Source: Candidatus Poriferisocius sp.
Lineage (GTDB): Bacteria > Actinomycetota > Acidimicrobiia > Acidimicrobiales > Bin134
NCBI RefSeq assembly: GCF_965204145.1
Contig: NZ_OZ241977.1
Coordinates: 3,487,811 to 3,551,810 of the forward strand
Length of the DNA stretch: 64,000 nucleotides
Direction of reading: 5' to 3'
The notes under the pieces are model-generated. The model saw nothing but the letters and a program-made list of their open reading frames with translations. It made no database searches and was not told the DNA's origin. The first letter of the stretch is position 1. Every line of letters starts with the position of its first letter. Made by a program: the position numbers and the translations under genes. Positions 9,248 to 20,021 of this stretch are shown here, one piece after another.

Positions 9248-9877
9248 GTGGTCGTGAGCGAAACCGTTGAAGCCCAACTATTCGAGGTAACCGAAGCGGC
9301 CATCGAGAAGGTGCTCGAGATCCGGTCCAACGAGGACGACCCCGAAGCCCTCGGCCTGCGCATCGAGATCACCGGCACCAGCGGCGCCGACTACACCTAT
9401 GACCTGGCGTTCGAGGAGGTGGCCGACTGCACCGAGGGCCACCGCCACATCATCTCTGAAGGGCTCACCGTGATGATCCCTGAGGAGTCGGTGGAAAAGC
9501 TGACCGGCGCCACCCTGGATCTGCCCAACAACCCCATGCAGGGCGGGCTGGTCATTCGCAACCCCAACAAGCCCGATCTTCTGGCCGGTGCCGAGTTGGA
9601 GCTCTCCGGCACCATCCCCGAGCAGCTCCAGCAGCTCCTCGACCAGCACATCAACCCCTCGCTGGCCTCCCACGGCGGGTTCGCCAATCTGTTGGGAGTG
9701 GAGGGGCACACGGCCTACATCACCATGGGCGGCGGTTGCCAGGGCTGCGCCATGAGCGCGGCCACCTTGCGGGAGGGCATCACCGTGATGATCACCGAGG
9801 CCATCCCCGAGATCACCGACGTGGTGGACGCCACCGACCACGAGGCGGGCGACAACCCCTATTTCGCCCGGGCCTGA
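9248..9877 (+). CDS. NfuA-like Fe-S cluster assembly protein (HesB/IscA-like N-domain plus Nfu C-domain)
   Basis: The C-terminal HGGFANLLGVEGHTAYITMGGGCQGCAMS carries the Nfu CxxC motif. The N-terminal half is A-type-carrier-like. Confidence 0.8.
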   Translation: MVVSETVEAQLFEVTEAAIEKVLEIRSNEDDPEALGLRIEITGTSGADYTYDLAFEEVADCTEGHRHIISEGLTVMIPEESVEKLTGATLDLPNNPMQGGLVIRNPNKPDLLAGAELELSGTIPEQLQQLLDQHINPSLASHGGFANLLGVEGHTAYITMGGGCQGCAMSAATLREGITVMITEAIPEITDVVDATDHEAGDNPYFARA

Positions 9878-10001
9878 GGCCTATTTTGTCAATCGCCGCA
9901 CTCGCGGCATAGGCGTTGTCACTGCGGCCTGAAAGCCAACTCATTGGGTTGAATCCCCCTGCCATGTCGTCGTTGTCATCGCGGCCTGGAAGAATGGCCC
10001 C

Positions 10002-11699
10002 ATGCTTGATCTGTTGATTCGCGGGGGCACTGTTGTCGACGGGACGGGGGCCGCACCGACCGTGGCCGATGTGGCGGTGTCGGATGGACGGGTGGCCGCC
10101 GTCGAGAGCCGGATCGATGCCGACGCTGCCGAGGTGATCGACGCCGCGGGCCGCTATGTGACTCCGGGGTTTGTCGACGTGCATACCCACTACGACGGCC
10201 AGGCCACCTGGGATCCGATCATGGCCCCTTCGGCGTGGCACGGGGTGACCACGGTGGTGATGGGCAATTGCGGCGTGGGGTTCGCCCCGGCCGATCCCAG
10301 CCGCCACGACTGGCTGATCGAGCTGATGGAGGGGGTGGAGGACATCCCCGGCGCAGCCCTCCACGAGGGGATCACCTGGCGGTGGGAGACCTTCCCCGAG
10401 TATCTCGACGAGCTGGAGCGGCTGGGCCGGACCATCGACGTGGCCGCCCAAGTGCCCCATGGGGCGGTGCGGGCTTATGTGATGGGCGAGCGGGGGGCTA
10501 CCCCTGAGTCGGCCACCGCCGCAGAGCTGGCCGAGATGGCCCGCATCGTGGGCGAGGGAACCCAGGCCGGAGCGGTGGCGTTCTCCACCAACCGGCTGCC
10601 GATGCATACCTCCCTGTCGGGAGTGCCGGTGCCGGGCACCTTCGCCGACCACGAGGAACTGGCCGCCATCATGGGCGCGCTCGACGGGCAGTCGCTGGTG
10701 GAGGTCGTACCGGCCGGCTCGATGGGCGAGGACCCCGATGCCCCCATCCGCGAGGTGGAGCTCTACCGGCGCCTCAGCCTGGAGACCGGTCGGGCTATCA
10801 CCTTCACCATGGTGCAGGTCCACGTCAACCCCGGCCAGTGGCGTGAGCAGATGGACATCGTGGAGCGGGCCAATGCCGAAGGCGCCCAACTGGTGCCCCA
10901 GGTGCAGGGCCGTCCCGGCGGGCTGCTGGCTGGGTGGGACCAGTTCAACCCGTTCGCCAAGCGCACTGCGTATCAGCCGCTGGACGATCTGCCGCTGGAG
11001 GAGCGCCTGGTCGAGCTGCGCCGTCCGGAAGTCAGGGCCGCCATCTTGGCCGAGGACATTCCGGGCGACCCGGCCATGGGCATCTTGCGCCACTCGCTGC
11101 ACGCCACATTCCCATTCGACGGCGGCCCGGTGTTCGAGCCCGACCCGTCGGAGTCGGTGGCCGCCATGGCCGACAAGACCGGCGCAGACGTGTTTGGGCT
11201 GGTCTATGACCTGATGTGCGAGCGGGGAATGCTCCAGGTGTTCTTCACCGGCTATCGCCACGGTGATCTCGAAGACCTGCGGGAGATGATGGTGCACCCC
11301 ATGACCGTGGTCGGGCTGGCCGACGGCGGGGCCCATTGCAGCGTTATCTCCGACGCCAGCCTGCCCACCTACATGCTTCAGCACTGGGTGCGCGACCGGC
11401 AGCGGGGACCGAAGCTGTCTATTGCCGAGGCGGTGAAGATGCTCACCTCCGAGCCGGCTGAGCTGTACGGCTTCGAAGACCGAGGGGTGCTGGCCAAGGG
11501 CAAGCGGGCCGACATCAACGTGATCGACCTCGACGCCATGCGCCTGCATCTGCCCGAGGTGGTGGGCGACCTGCCCACCGGCGCCCGCCGCCTGTTGCAA
11601 TCAGCCGACGGCTACGACGCCACCATCTGCGCCGGTGAAGTGACCTTCCAAAACGGCCAGCCCACCGGCGCCCGCCCCGGCACCCTCATCCGCCGCTAG
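10002..11699 (+). CDS. N-acyl-D-amino-acid deacylase (D-aminoacylase) family amidohydrolase
   Basis: The N-terminus [13 protein letters not shown]...[13 protein letters not shown] matches the metal-dependent amidohydrolase signature. The length of 565 aa is typical. Confidence 0.8.
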   Translation: MLDLLIRGGTVVDGTGAAPTVADVAVSDGRVAAVESRIDADAAEVIDAAGRYVTPGFVDVHTHYDGQATWDPIMAPSAWHGVTTVVMGNCGVGFAPADPSRHDWLIELMEGVEDIPGAALHEGITWRWETFPEYLDELERLGRTIDVAAQVPHGAVRAYVMGERGATPESATAAELAEMARIVGEGTQAGAVAFSTNRLPMHTSLSGVPVPGTFADHEELAAIMGALDGQSLVEVVPAGSMGEDPDAPIREVELYRRLSLETGRAITFTMVQVHVNPGQWREQMDIVERANAEGAQLVPQVQGRPGGLLAGWDQFNPFAKRTAYQPLDDLPLEERLVELRRPEVRAAILAEDIPGDPAMGILRHSLHATFPFDGGPVFEPDPSESVAAMADKTGADVFGLVYDLMCERGMLQVFFTGYRHGDLEDLREMMVHPMTVVGLADGGAHCSVISDASLPTYMLQHWVRDRQRGPKLSIAEAVKMLTSEPAELYGFEDRGVLAKGKRADINVIDLDAMRLHLPEVVGDLPTGARRLLQSADGYDATICAGEVTFQNGQPTGARPGTLIRR

Positions 11700-11734
11700 C
11701 CGACAGCATCCGCGGCGACGAGCCTGGTGATGCC

Positions 11735-14479
11735 ATGAGAGGGCCGGAGCGCCTGGGCCGAAGCGTCCTCGTTCGCGCGGGGCAGGCTGCGCCGGAGGGG
11801 TGGGAGGGCTGTTCGCGCGTGACGGTTCGTGCAGACCGGTTCGACCCTGAGGTGGGGCGGGAGTTGCGGCGGGGTTGGATCGAGCGCACACCGCTGGTGG
11901 TCGAGTTGGACGGCGACCTGCCCGAGGCTGAGCCGGTGCTGCACGCTCAATGGTGGGAACTCAAACCGGGGCTGACCATGCCGGACGAGGTGGTGCGGCA
12001 TCTGCTGACGGCCAACGCGGTGGATTGGCGCGATTCCGAGCGGCCCAAGTTCGAGCCGCTTGAGCGGGCGTTGGCGTTGGGGGCTCGGTTGGCGGGGGTA
12101 GACGAGCCGGGCGATGTGATGACCGAAGCAGGGCCGGTGTGGTGCGATGGAGGGCCGTTTGACGTGTTCGATCATGACGCGCTGGGCGACGGGTGCGCTG
12201 GGGTTGTTCCAGCGGTGAATCTGGCGGTGGGCAGCCTGACCGCTCTGAACCCGGCACTGCCCCAGGCCGATCTGGCCGACGATCAACAGGCGGCGGTCGG
12301 ACACTTGGGCGGAGCGGCCTGCATCGTGGCCCCAGCTGGGTCGGGCAAGACCCGGGTGCTGACCGAGCGGGCCCGATATCTGGTGCGCGACCTCGGGGTG
12401 GACCCCCGAGCCGTGTGCCTGGTGGCGTTCAACGTTCGGGCTCGGGCCGAGATGCAAGAGCGCACCGCCGACCTGCCCGGCCTGGAGGTGCGGACGCTGA
12501 ACAGCCTGGCGCTGGCCATCTGCAACGGCACCGGACCGTTTGCCAGACCCCGAGACCACGGTCGGGTGGAGGTGGTGGACGAGCGGGGAGTGCGGGACCT
12601 GCTCGACGGGATGGTGACCCGCAGGCGGCGGGCCATGACCGACCAGATCGCCCCCTGGATCGAGGCGCTGGGCGCTTCCCGTCTGGGTTTGCGCGATCCC
12701 GCCGAGGTGGAACGCGATTTCCAGCCCGACGTGCCCGATTTCTCCGAGATTGCGCCCCGCTACGTCGATGTGCTCGACGCCGAGGGGCTGGTGGACTTCG
12801 ACCAGCAGATCATCCGGGCCATCGAAATCCTGCTGAGCGACCCCGCCGCCCGAGCCGCCGCCCGGCGTACCTGCGGCATCCTGCTGGTGGACGAGTTCCA
12901 AGACCTCACCCCGGCCCACTTGCTGCTGGTGCGGATGTTGGCCGGGCCGAGAGCCGATGTGTTCGGCGTGGGCGACGACGACCAGACCATCTACGGCTAC
13001 TCGGGTGCCTCCCCCGAGTGGCTGATCGACTACCACAAGTTCTTTCCCGGCGCTCAGCGCCATGAGCTGCACGTCAACTACCGCTGTCCCCCCGAAGTGG
13101 TGGACGCTGCCTCGAACCTGCTGTCGCACAACCGCCGCCGCATCGACAAGCAGATCACCGCCGTGCCAGGCCGGGCTCGACGAGACGATGGCGACTCAGA
13201 TTCGGCCATCACCGTGGAGTCTGCGTCCGACGGTGCGCGGGTGCTGCGCCGAGCCGTTGAGTCGTTGCTGTCAGCAGGGACACAGCCCAGCGACATCGCC
13301 ATTCTGACCAGGGTGAACAGCACTCTGCTGGTTCCCCAGATCGTGCTGGGCGACATGGGAGTGCCGTCCAATCAGCCGGTGGGCCGCCTGTTCTTGGAGC
13401 GCACCGGGGTGGCCGCCGCCCTGGCCTGGCTCGACATTGCCACCGCTCCCGAGCGCGACCTACCCGACCGGGCCTTGTCGGACGCGGCCCGCCGTCCGCC
13501 CCGGGGCATTTCCCCCCGAGTCATCGAGTGGATCGCCGAGCAGCAGAGCACCTCGCAGATCAAGGCCCTGGCCGGTCGCATCAAAGACGAGCGGTCGTCC
13601 AAGAAGGTGGGCGAGTTCGCCGACGACGTCGAGATGCTGCGGTCAAAGTTCAAGAAGGCCAGCGGAGAAGTCACTACCCGATCGCTGTTGGAGACGGTGC
13701 GAGACGAGATGGGTCTCGGCGGCAGCCTGGACACCCGGTTGGACGCATCTCGCCGCTCGGTTGACCGGTCGGCTCACGGCGACGATCTGCGGGCCCTTAT
13801 TTCAGTGGCCCACATGCATCCCGACCCGACCGACTTTCGGAGGTGGCTGTTCGACCGGCTCGCAGACGGGTTCGAGGGGGAGGGCAGCGGCCACGGCGTG
13901 CAACTTGCCACCGTCCATCGGGTGAAGGGCCGAGAATGGCCCCATGTGATCGTCTACGAGGCATCCAAGGGCTTGATTCCCCACCGCTTGGCCGGCGACC
14001 TCGAAGAGGAGCGGCGGGTGTTCCACGTGGCCATCACCCGATGCTCAGAATCGGTGACTCTCATCTGCGGCGACCCACCCACCGACTTCCACCAAGAGTT
14101 GGCCACCCGCTATCAACCTCCTCCCGAACTCGACCCCGCCACCACAGATGGCCTGTTGACACCCCCGGTTGTGGTCGCCCCGGCCTCATCGCCGAAGCCA
14201 GCCGCCGCCAAACCATCTCGCCGTCCCAAACCCCAGCCCCCCACCGACCCCGAAGGCGCAGCCGCCTACGAAGCTCTGAAGTCCTGGCGGTTTCAGCGCA
14301 GCCGGGCCGACAACGTGCCTGCCTATGTGGTCTTCAGCAACGCCACCCTCGTCGAGCTGGCCACCCGCCGCCCCACCACCGACGCCGAACTCCTGGCCAC
14401 CCCCGGCATCGGCCCCGCCAAACTCGCCGCCTACGGCGAAGCGGTGAAGGAAGTCCTCGGCCGGTTCGCTAGGCCTTGA
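11735..14479 (+). CDS. UvrD/Rep-family (SF1) DNA helicase with C-terminal HRDC-like domain and about 190-aa N-terminal extension
   Basis: Walker A APAGSGKT, LLVDEFQDLTPA and VHRVKGREWPHV motifs. The C-terminus AAYEALKSWRFQRSRADNVPAYVVFSNATLVELA resembles HRDC. The start codon is uncertain. Confidence 0.85.
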   Translation: MRGPERLGRSVLVRAGQAAPEGWEGCSRVTVRADRFDPEVGRELRRGWIERTPLVVELDGDLPEAEPVLHAQWWELKPGLTMPDEVVRHLLTANAVDWRDSERPKFEPLERALALGARLAGVDEPGDVMTEAGPVWCDGGPFDVFDHDALGDGCAGVVPAVNLAVGSLTALNPALPQADLADDQQAAVGHLGGAACIVAPAGSGKTRVLTERARYLVRDLGVDPRAVCLVAFNVRARAEMQERTADLPGLEVRTLNSLALAICNGTGPFARPRDHGRVEVVDERGVRDLLDGMVTRRRRAMTDQIAPWIEALGASRLGLRDPAEVERDFQPDVPDFSEIAPRYVDVLDAEGLVDFDQQIIRAIEILLSDPAARAAARRTCGILLVDEFQDLTPAHLLLVRMLAGPRADVFGVGDDDQTIYGYSGASPEWLIDYHKFFPGAQRHELHVNYRCPPEVVDAASNLLSHNRRRIDKQITAVPGRARRDDGDSDSAITVESASDGARVLRRAVESLLSAGTQPSDIAILTRVNSTLLVPQIVLGDMGVPSNQPVGRLFLERTGVAAALAWLDIATAPERDLPDRALSDAARRPPRGISPRVIEWIAEQQSTSQIKALAGRIKDERSSKKVGEFADDVEMLRSKFKKASGEVTTRSLLETVRDEMGLGGSLDTRLDASRRSVDRSAHGDDLRALISVAHMHPDPTDFRRWLFDRLADGFEGEGSGHGVQLATVHRVKGREWPHVIVYEASKGLIPHRLAGDLEEERRVFHVAITRCSESVTLICGDPPTDFHQELATRYQPPPELDPATTDGLLTPPVVVAPASSPKPAAAKPSRRPKPQPPTDPEGAAAYEALKSWRFQRSRADNVPAYVVFSNATLVELATRRPTTDAELLATPGIGPAKLAAYGEAVKEVLGRFARP

Positions 14480-16322
14480 CGGCCAGCGCTTGGCGGGCTG
14501 CTTCTGCGATGCCGGCGGGGTCGAGGCCGCAGTCGGCGAGGATCTGGTCGGGCTTGCCGTGGGGGATGTACTCGTTGGGCACGCCCAGCACCCGGATGGC
14601 GGGCACGGGGCCCTCGCGGCCCGAGTGGGCCAGGTGATGGGCGATTGAGCTGCCCGCGCCGCCCTCCCGCCAGCCGTCTTCGATAGTGACCACCGCCCGA
14701 TGGCCGCTGGCGTCGTCCAGCATGTCCTCATCCAACGGTTTGACGCTGCGGACGTCCCACACCGTGGCCGATACCCCCTCGGCCTCCAACAGCCCGGCGG
14801 CTTCTTCCGCGGAGGCCAGCATCTTGCCCACCGCCAGCAGGCACACGTCGGTGCCGTCTGCCACCTTGCGGCCCTTGAGCCCGTAGCCCACTTGGTCTTC
14901 GGGCACCGACGGGGCCGCGGTCTTGGCCCACCGTATGGCCACGGGCCCGGTGGTGATCTCCAAGGCGTCGTGCAGCATCTGCTGGAGGTCCTGATAAGAC
15001 GACGGCGCCAGCACGGTCATGCCCGGAATCTTGGTGAGCAGCACCATGTCGAGCACCCCGTGGTGCGACGGCCCGTCGTCGCCGGTGATCCCGGCCCGAT
15101 CCAAGCAGAACACCACCGGTTGGTTGTGCAGCCCCACATCGAGGTTCACCTGGTCGATGGCCCGGGTCAAGAACGTGGAGTAGATGGCCACCACCGGGCG
15201 GAGCCCGCCCATGGCCATTCCCGCGGCGGCGGTTACTGCGTGCTGCTCGGCGATGCCCACGTCGAAGCACCGGTCTGCGAACCGCTCGGCGAACGGCAGC
15301 AGCCCGGTGGAGTCGGGCATGGCCGCGGTGATGGCCACCAGCTCGGGACGGGCCTCAGCCTCTTTGATCAGCGCATTGGTGAACGCCTCGGTGTAGCTCC
15401 CCGGCTTGGCGTACGACGTGTCGTGCATGTTCTTGACCAGGTCGTTCTCGGCCGGCGCGTACCCCCGCCCCTTCTGGGTGAGCACATGCACCAGGCAGGG
15501 GCCCTCCAAGTGGGACACCCGGCTGAACACCCGCTCCAGCTTGCCCAGGTCGTGGCCGTCGAACGGGCCGAAGTAGCTGATGCCCAGCTCGTCGAAGAAC
15601 GTGCGGGGTTCCACCATTTCCCGTACCGCCGCCTTGGTGGCCCCCAGGGCCCGGCCGGCCAGGTCGCCCACCCAGGGGATGTCTCTCAGAACCTTGCGGA
15701 TCTGGTTGTCGGTGCGGACATAGCGGGGGTCCATTCGCACCCGCAGCAGGCTCTCCGACAATCGGGAGATGGTGGGGGCATACGACCGCCCGTTGTCGTT
15801 GAGCACGAGGGTCACATTGCAGCCCGAGTGCCCGATGTTGTTGAGCCCTTCGAAGGCGACCCCTCCGGTGAGCGATCCATCGCCCACCACCGCGATCACC
15901 CGTCGCTGGTCGCCGTCGGCGGCTTGCTGGGCGGTGGCCAGGCCGTGGGCGTAGCTCAACACGGTGGAGGCGTGGCTGTTCTCGATCCAGTCGTGGGGGG
16001 ACTCCTCCCGGCTCGGGTATCCCGAGAGTCCTCCGGGCTGGCGCAGCGTCTTGAAATGTTCGGTCCGCCCCGTCAGCATCTTGTGTACGTAGGCCTGGTG
16101 GCCGGTATCCCACAGGATGATGTCTCGGGGAGAGTCGAACACCAGGTGAAGGGCCAGCGTCAGCTCAACCACGCCCAGGTTGGAGCCCAAGTGGCCTCCG
16201 GTGGAATTCACCGTATCGACAATGAACTCGCGGATTTCCTCGGCCAGCTCGGTCAATTCCTCGTCGCCCAGGCGGCGCAGATCAGCCGGACAGGTGATCT
16301 TCTGAAGATGGTTGGTGTCCAC
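14469..16322 (-). CDS. dxs: 1-deoxy-D-xylulose-5-phosphate synthase
   Basis: 617 aa. Motifs are GHLGSNLGVVELT, WDTGHQAYVHKMLTGR and the TPP motif VVGDGSLTGGVAFEGLNN. Its 3' end overlaps the convergent helicase gene by 11 nt. Confidence 0.95.
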   Translation of the reverse strand: MDTNHLQKITCPADLRRLGDEELTELAEEIREFIVDTVNSTGGHLGSNLGVVELTLALHLVFDSPRDIILWDTGHQAYVHKMLTGRTEHFKTLRQPGGLSGYPSREESPHDWIENSHASTVLSYAHGLATAQQAADGDQRRVIAVVGDGSLTGGVAFEGLNNIGHSGCNVTLVLNDNGRSYAPTISRLSESLLRVRMDPRYVRTDNQIRKVLRDIPWVGDLAGRALGATKAAVREMVEPRTFFDELGISYFGPFDGHDLGKLERVFSRVSHLEGPCLVHVLTQKGRGYAPAENDLVKNMHDTSYAKPGSYTEAFTNALIKEAEARPELVAITAAMPDSTGLLPFAERFADRCFDVGIAEQHAVTAAAGMAMGGLRPVVAIYSTFLTRAIDQVNLDVGLHNQPVVFCLDRAGITGDDGPSHHGVLDMVLLTKIPGMTVLAPSSYQDLQQMLHDALEITTGPVAIRWAKTAAPSVPEDQVGYGLKGRKVADGTDVCLLAVGKMLASAEEAAGLLEAEGVSATVWDVRSVKPLDEDMLDDASGHRAVVTIEDGWREGGAGSSIAHHLAHSGREGPVPAIRVLGVPNEYIPHGKPDQILADCGLDPAGIAEAARQALAVKA

Positions 16323-16351
16323 GTCCCTCCCGAATAGTTGGGAGATTCAGG

Positions 16352-17134
16352 TTACTCGCGGTTTCTCCATTTGTGGAAGCCCCTTGCCCCGGCCCAGCCC
16401 AGGCCCAACGCCCCCAGCCCGCCCACCGCGTCGATCCAGTAATGGTTGGCGGTCACCACGATGGCGAACAGGGTCAGCCAGGGGTAGGCGGCGATGGCCC
16501 ATTTGGCCACCGGGTTCACCAGATGCTTGCGCAGCGCCAGAAAACACCACATGGCCCAGGCGAAGTGCAGGCTGGGCATGGCGGCGTACTGATTGGAGAG
16601 CGTTTCGGCCGCTCCCTCGGTAAACGACCACAGCCCGCCCAGATCGGCCACGGTGTCGACATACCCGGTGTCGGGCAGGTTGCCGCCGTAGCGCCCGCCC
16701 ACCGACAGCAGGCGAGGGGGCATCAATGGGAACAGGGCGAACCCCGCCAGAGCCGACCCAGTGGTCAACAGGCCAGTGGTGCGCCAGAACGGGTAGTGCC
16801 GGGGGAAGCGCCAGTAGAGCCAGATGAGGGTGAAGGCGGTGACCGCGAAGTGGAATAGCCCGTAGAACAGGTTCCAGAACTGGATGAACGACACCCAGCC
16901 GATGAACAGGTCTTGCAGGTCGCGCTCGAAGTACAGCCCGATGCTGCGCTCCCAGTCGATCACCAGCTCGGCATTGGCCTGCGCCTCGCCCGGCTCCACC
17001 GCGGCGGAGCCGAACTGGTTCCGCACCCAGGAGTAGATGCCGTAGAAGGCCCCGATGACCGCCAACTCCAGGTACCAGCGGGGCCGGGTGCGGCTCTTGG
17101 AACCGATGCGTGGCTTCAAAGTGGACAGCTTCAT
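16352..17134 (-). CDS. PAP2-superfamily membrane protein (inositolphosphotransferase/PAP2_C-like)
   Basis: 260 aa and multi-TM. SLHFAWAMW and HYWIDAVGG are His-containing motifs typical of PAP2-like lipid phosphotransferases. Confidence 0.6.
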   Translation of the reverse strand: MKLSTLKPRIGSKSRTRPRWYLELAVIGAFYGIYSWVRNQFGSAAVEPGEAQANAELVIDWERSIGLYFERDLQDLFIGWVSFIQFWNLFYGLFHFAVTAFTLIWLYWRFPRHYPFWRTTGLLTTGSALAGFALFPLMPPRLLSVGGRYGGNLPDTGYVDTVADLGGLWSFTEGAAETLSNQYAAMPSLHFAWAMWCFLALRKHLVNPVAKWAIAAYPWLTLFAIVVTANHYWIDAVGGLGALGLGWAGARGFHKWRNRE

Positions 17135-17155
17135 GGGAGTCCGGGGCGGACTGGG

Positions 17156-18151
17156 TCAGTCCCTTTGTTGAGAACGGCTGGCCCGTTGCCAGTGGCGGCC
17201 GCCGAAGACCAGCGCCGGCAACCCCACCAGGCTGCCGGCCACGGTGAGGAAGTAGAGCAGCAGCCCCATGGCGATGGCCCGCTCGTCGATCACGCCCAAG
17301 TCGCGGAGGAACAGCACCAAGAACCCCTCCCGCACGCCAAGCCCTCCCAAGCCAACGGGCAGCACCTGGATGATGAGCACCGCGGGGATGAACGCCATCA
17401 GCTCAGTGGGCCCCAAGCCGTTGATCCCCACCACCTTGGCCGCGCACCCGGCGGCGGCCAGCATTATCGCCTGGTAGATGAAGGCGGTGACCAGCACTCG
17501 GCCGGTGTCGCGGGGCTTGGCCCGCAGCTCGTCGATGCCCATGTGCAGTCCGTTCACAAAGCGGACCCAGCCGTTGCGCCGGCTGACCCATCGGCCGAAC
17601 CACTGATTGCCCACCAGCAGCAGGATCAGTCCGAGAGCCAGCAGGGTGACGCCGGCAGTAATCGCCGCCACTCGGGAGGGGGCGCCCAAACCCCGCAGCT
17701 CTTCGTTGAGCGCCAAGCCCAACAGCGTGAACACCGGCAGCACGATCCAGCCGCTGAGCCGCTCCAGCAGCACCGAGGCGAAGCTGTGGGGGCCGTCGCC
17801 GGTGTCGTTGGACAAGCGGGATATCCGCAGCACGTCGCCCCCCACCGTGGTGGGCACGAAGTTGGAGATGAACATTCCCGCCATGTAGTGCGAGAACATG
17901 CGCCGGGGCTTCACTTCCAGCCCCAGGGCGATGGCCACCTCATACCACCGGGCGGTGGCCGCCATGTTGCCGATCACGGTGAGCATGAGCGCGCCGATCA
18001 GCCAGAACGGCGTGGCCGAGTTGAAGTCGGGCCACAGTTGGCCGGCGTCGAACGAGGGCAGCCACCAGATCAACAAGAAGAACAGGGCCACGCTGATGCC
18101 CACCCGGAGCACGACGCTGAGCACCCGGCGGGTGGTGTGCTTCTCAGTCAA
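17156..18151 (-). CDS. UPF0104 / lysylphosphatidylglycerol-synthase-TM-region-like (flippase-like) membrane protein
   Basis: 331 aa, about 8 TM. Family-like stretches are FVPTTVGGDVLRISRL and LPVGLGGLGVREG. Confidence 0.6.
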   Translation of the reverse strand: MTEKHTTRRVLSVVLRVGISVALFFLLIWWLPSFDAGQLWPDFNSATPFWLIGALMLTVIGNMAATARWYEVAIALGLEVKPRRMFSHYMAGMFISNFVPTTVGGDVLRISRLSNDTGDGPHSFASVLLERLSGWIVLPVFTLLGLALNEELRGLGAPSRVAAITAGVTLLALGLILLLVGNQWFGRWVSRRNGWVRFVNGLHMGIDELRAKPRDTGRVLVTAFIYQAIMLAAAGCAAKVVGINGLGPTELMAFIPAVLIIQVLPVGLGGLGVREGFLVLFLRDLGVIDERAIAMGLLLYFLTVAGSLVGLPALVFGGRHWQRASRSQQRD

Positions 18152-18234
18152 GCCCGGGCTCGCAAACGTGTAGGGGTGACTCCGGGCACGCGCATCCGGT
18201 TGAGGCGGCCATCGGGGTCATTCAGTAAAGGCTA

Positions 18235-19908
18235 TTGCCCCGCCGCGCCCCTATGGATATTACGGTGAGGCCAATGTCGGGAAAACAGGTCACCGGCCAC
18301 GGGGGCGATCAGGTGCTGGCTGCGCTGGCCCCCTTCGGCGTGCAGGAGCTGTTCACCCTGTCGGGGGGCCACATCTTCCCGCTGTACGACGCCGCGGTGA
18401 AGCAGGGCGACGTGGTGCTCTACGACGTGCGCCACGAGCAGACCGCGGTGTTCGCGGCCGAGGGGCTGGCCAAGCTGACCCGCCGTCCGGGGGTGGCCGC
18501 GGTGACCGCCGGCCCCGGGGTGACCAACTCGGTGAGCGCGGTGACCACTGCCTGGCTCAACGGCGCGCCGCTGGTGGTGCTGGGAGGCCGGGCCCCGGAG
18601 GCCCGCTGGGGGTCGGGCTCGCTCCAAGAGCTCGACCACGTGCCCATCCTGGCTCCGGTCACCAAGCAGTCGCTCACCGCGGGAGGCGGCGACGATCTGG
18701 CCGAGGCCACCTATCGGGCAGTGCAGGCCGCCATGACCCCCCACCGCGGCCCAGTGTTCGTGGACTATCCCATGGACGTGATCTTCTCCGAGGGCTCCGG
18801 CACCGTGCCCGACGAGCCGATGCCGGTGGGCGAGGCCCCCGACCCCGACGGAGTGGCCGCGGTGGCCGGCATGGTGGCTGCCGCTCGCTGTCCTGCGGTG
18901 CTGGTGGGCACCGACGTGTACTGGGACGGTGCCTGGGACGCGCTGCGGGCCTGGGTGGAGGCCCAGCGGCTGCCCGCGTTCGCCAACGGTCTGGGCCGGG
19001 GATGCCTTCCCGCCGACCACGAGCTGTTCTTCAGCCGCACCCGGCGCCAGCTGCGCACCGACGCCGACCTAGTGATCGTGGTCGGCACCCCGCTTGACTT
19101 CCGGCTCTCGTTCGGCCGGTTCGGCGATGCCCAGGTGGTGCATCTCACCGACAGCGCGGAGTCGGTGTCGACCCACGCCCAGCCCGCGAAAGCGGTATCG
19201 GGCGATCTGGTCCGGATGCTGACCGCTCTGGCCGAGGGCCCCGCGCCGGCCCACCCGTCGGAACGCGACCAATGGGTGGCCAAACTGCACGATGCAGAAG
19301 ACGCGGCCCGCGCCGACGAGGAGGACCTGCTGACCACCGCCGCTGATCCAATCCTGCCCACCCGGGTGTACGGGGAGCTGCGCCAGGTGCTCGACCGGGA
19401 TGCGGTGGTGATCGGCGACGGCGGCGACTTCGTCTCCTACGCCGGGCGTTTCGTGGACTCCTACCTGCCGGGCCACTGGCTGGATCCCGGTCCCTACGGC
19501 TGTCTGGGCACCGGCATGGGCTATGCCATGGCTGCTCGGGTGGCCCATCCCGACCGCCAGGTTGTGCTGCTGTTGGGCGACGGGGCCGCCGGGTTCTCGC
19601 TGATGGACGCCGACTCGCTGGTGCGCCACAACCTGCCGGTGGCCATCGTGGTGGGCAACAACGGTTGCTGGGGGCTGGAGAAGCACCCCATGCGCCAGAT
19701 GTACGGCTACGACGTGGCCGCCGACCTCCAAGAGGGGTGCCGCTACGACCAGGTGGTGTCAGCCCTGGGCGGCGCCGGAGAGACGGTGGAGCGCCCCGAC
19801 GACATCGCCCCCGCCCTCAAGCGGGCCCTCGACGCCGGTGTCCCCTACGTGGTGAACGTGATCTGCGACCCCGAGCACGCTTACCCCCGCCGCTCCAACT
19901 TGGGCTGA
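18235..19908 (+). CDS. Thiamine-pyrophosphate-dependent enzyme (acetolactate synthase large-subunit / oxalyl-CoA decarboxylase family)
   Basis: RHEQTAVFAAEG, TAGPGVTNSV and LLGDGAAGFSLMDADSLVRHNLPVAIVVGNNGCWG form the TPP-binding GDG..NN motif. The start may be at MSGKQ (18274). Confidence 0.8.
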   Translation: MPRRAPMDITVRPMSGKQVTGHGGDQVLAALAPFGVQELFTLSGGHIFPLYDAAVKQGDVVLYDVRHEQTAVFAAEGLAKLTRRPGVAAVTAGPGVTNSVSAVTTAWLNGAPLVVLGGRAPEARWGSGSLQELDHVPILAPVTKQSLTAGGGDDLAEATYRAVQAAMTPHRGPVFVDYPMDVIFSEGSGTVPDEPMPVGEAPDPDGVAAVAGMVAAARCPAVLVGTDVYWDGAWDALRAWVEAQRLPAFANGLGRGCLPADHELFFSRTRRQLRTDADLVIVVGTPLDFRLSFGRFGDAQVVHLTDSAESVSTHAQPAKAVSGDLVRMLTALAEGPAPAHPSERDQWVAKLHDAEDAARADEEDLLTTAADPILPTRVYGELRQVLDRDAVVIGDGGDFVSYAGRFVDSYLPGHWLDPGPYGCLGTGMGYAMAARVAHPDRQVVLLLGDGAAGFSLMDADSLVRHNLPVAIVVGNNGCWGLEKHPMRQMYGYDVAADLQEGCRYDQVVSALGGAGETVERPDDIAPALKRALDAGVPYVVNVICDPEHAYPRRSNLG

Positions 19909-20021
19909 GTTATTGGCGGGGCCCTGTTCCCGGTTTGAGGAAGGGGGTGGGTAGGCTACGGCGGCAAGACAAAGGGAGACGTTGTGATCGACGAGCTAGG
20001 TGAGAGACGGGGAGCACAATT

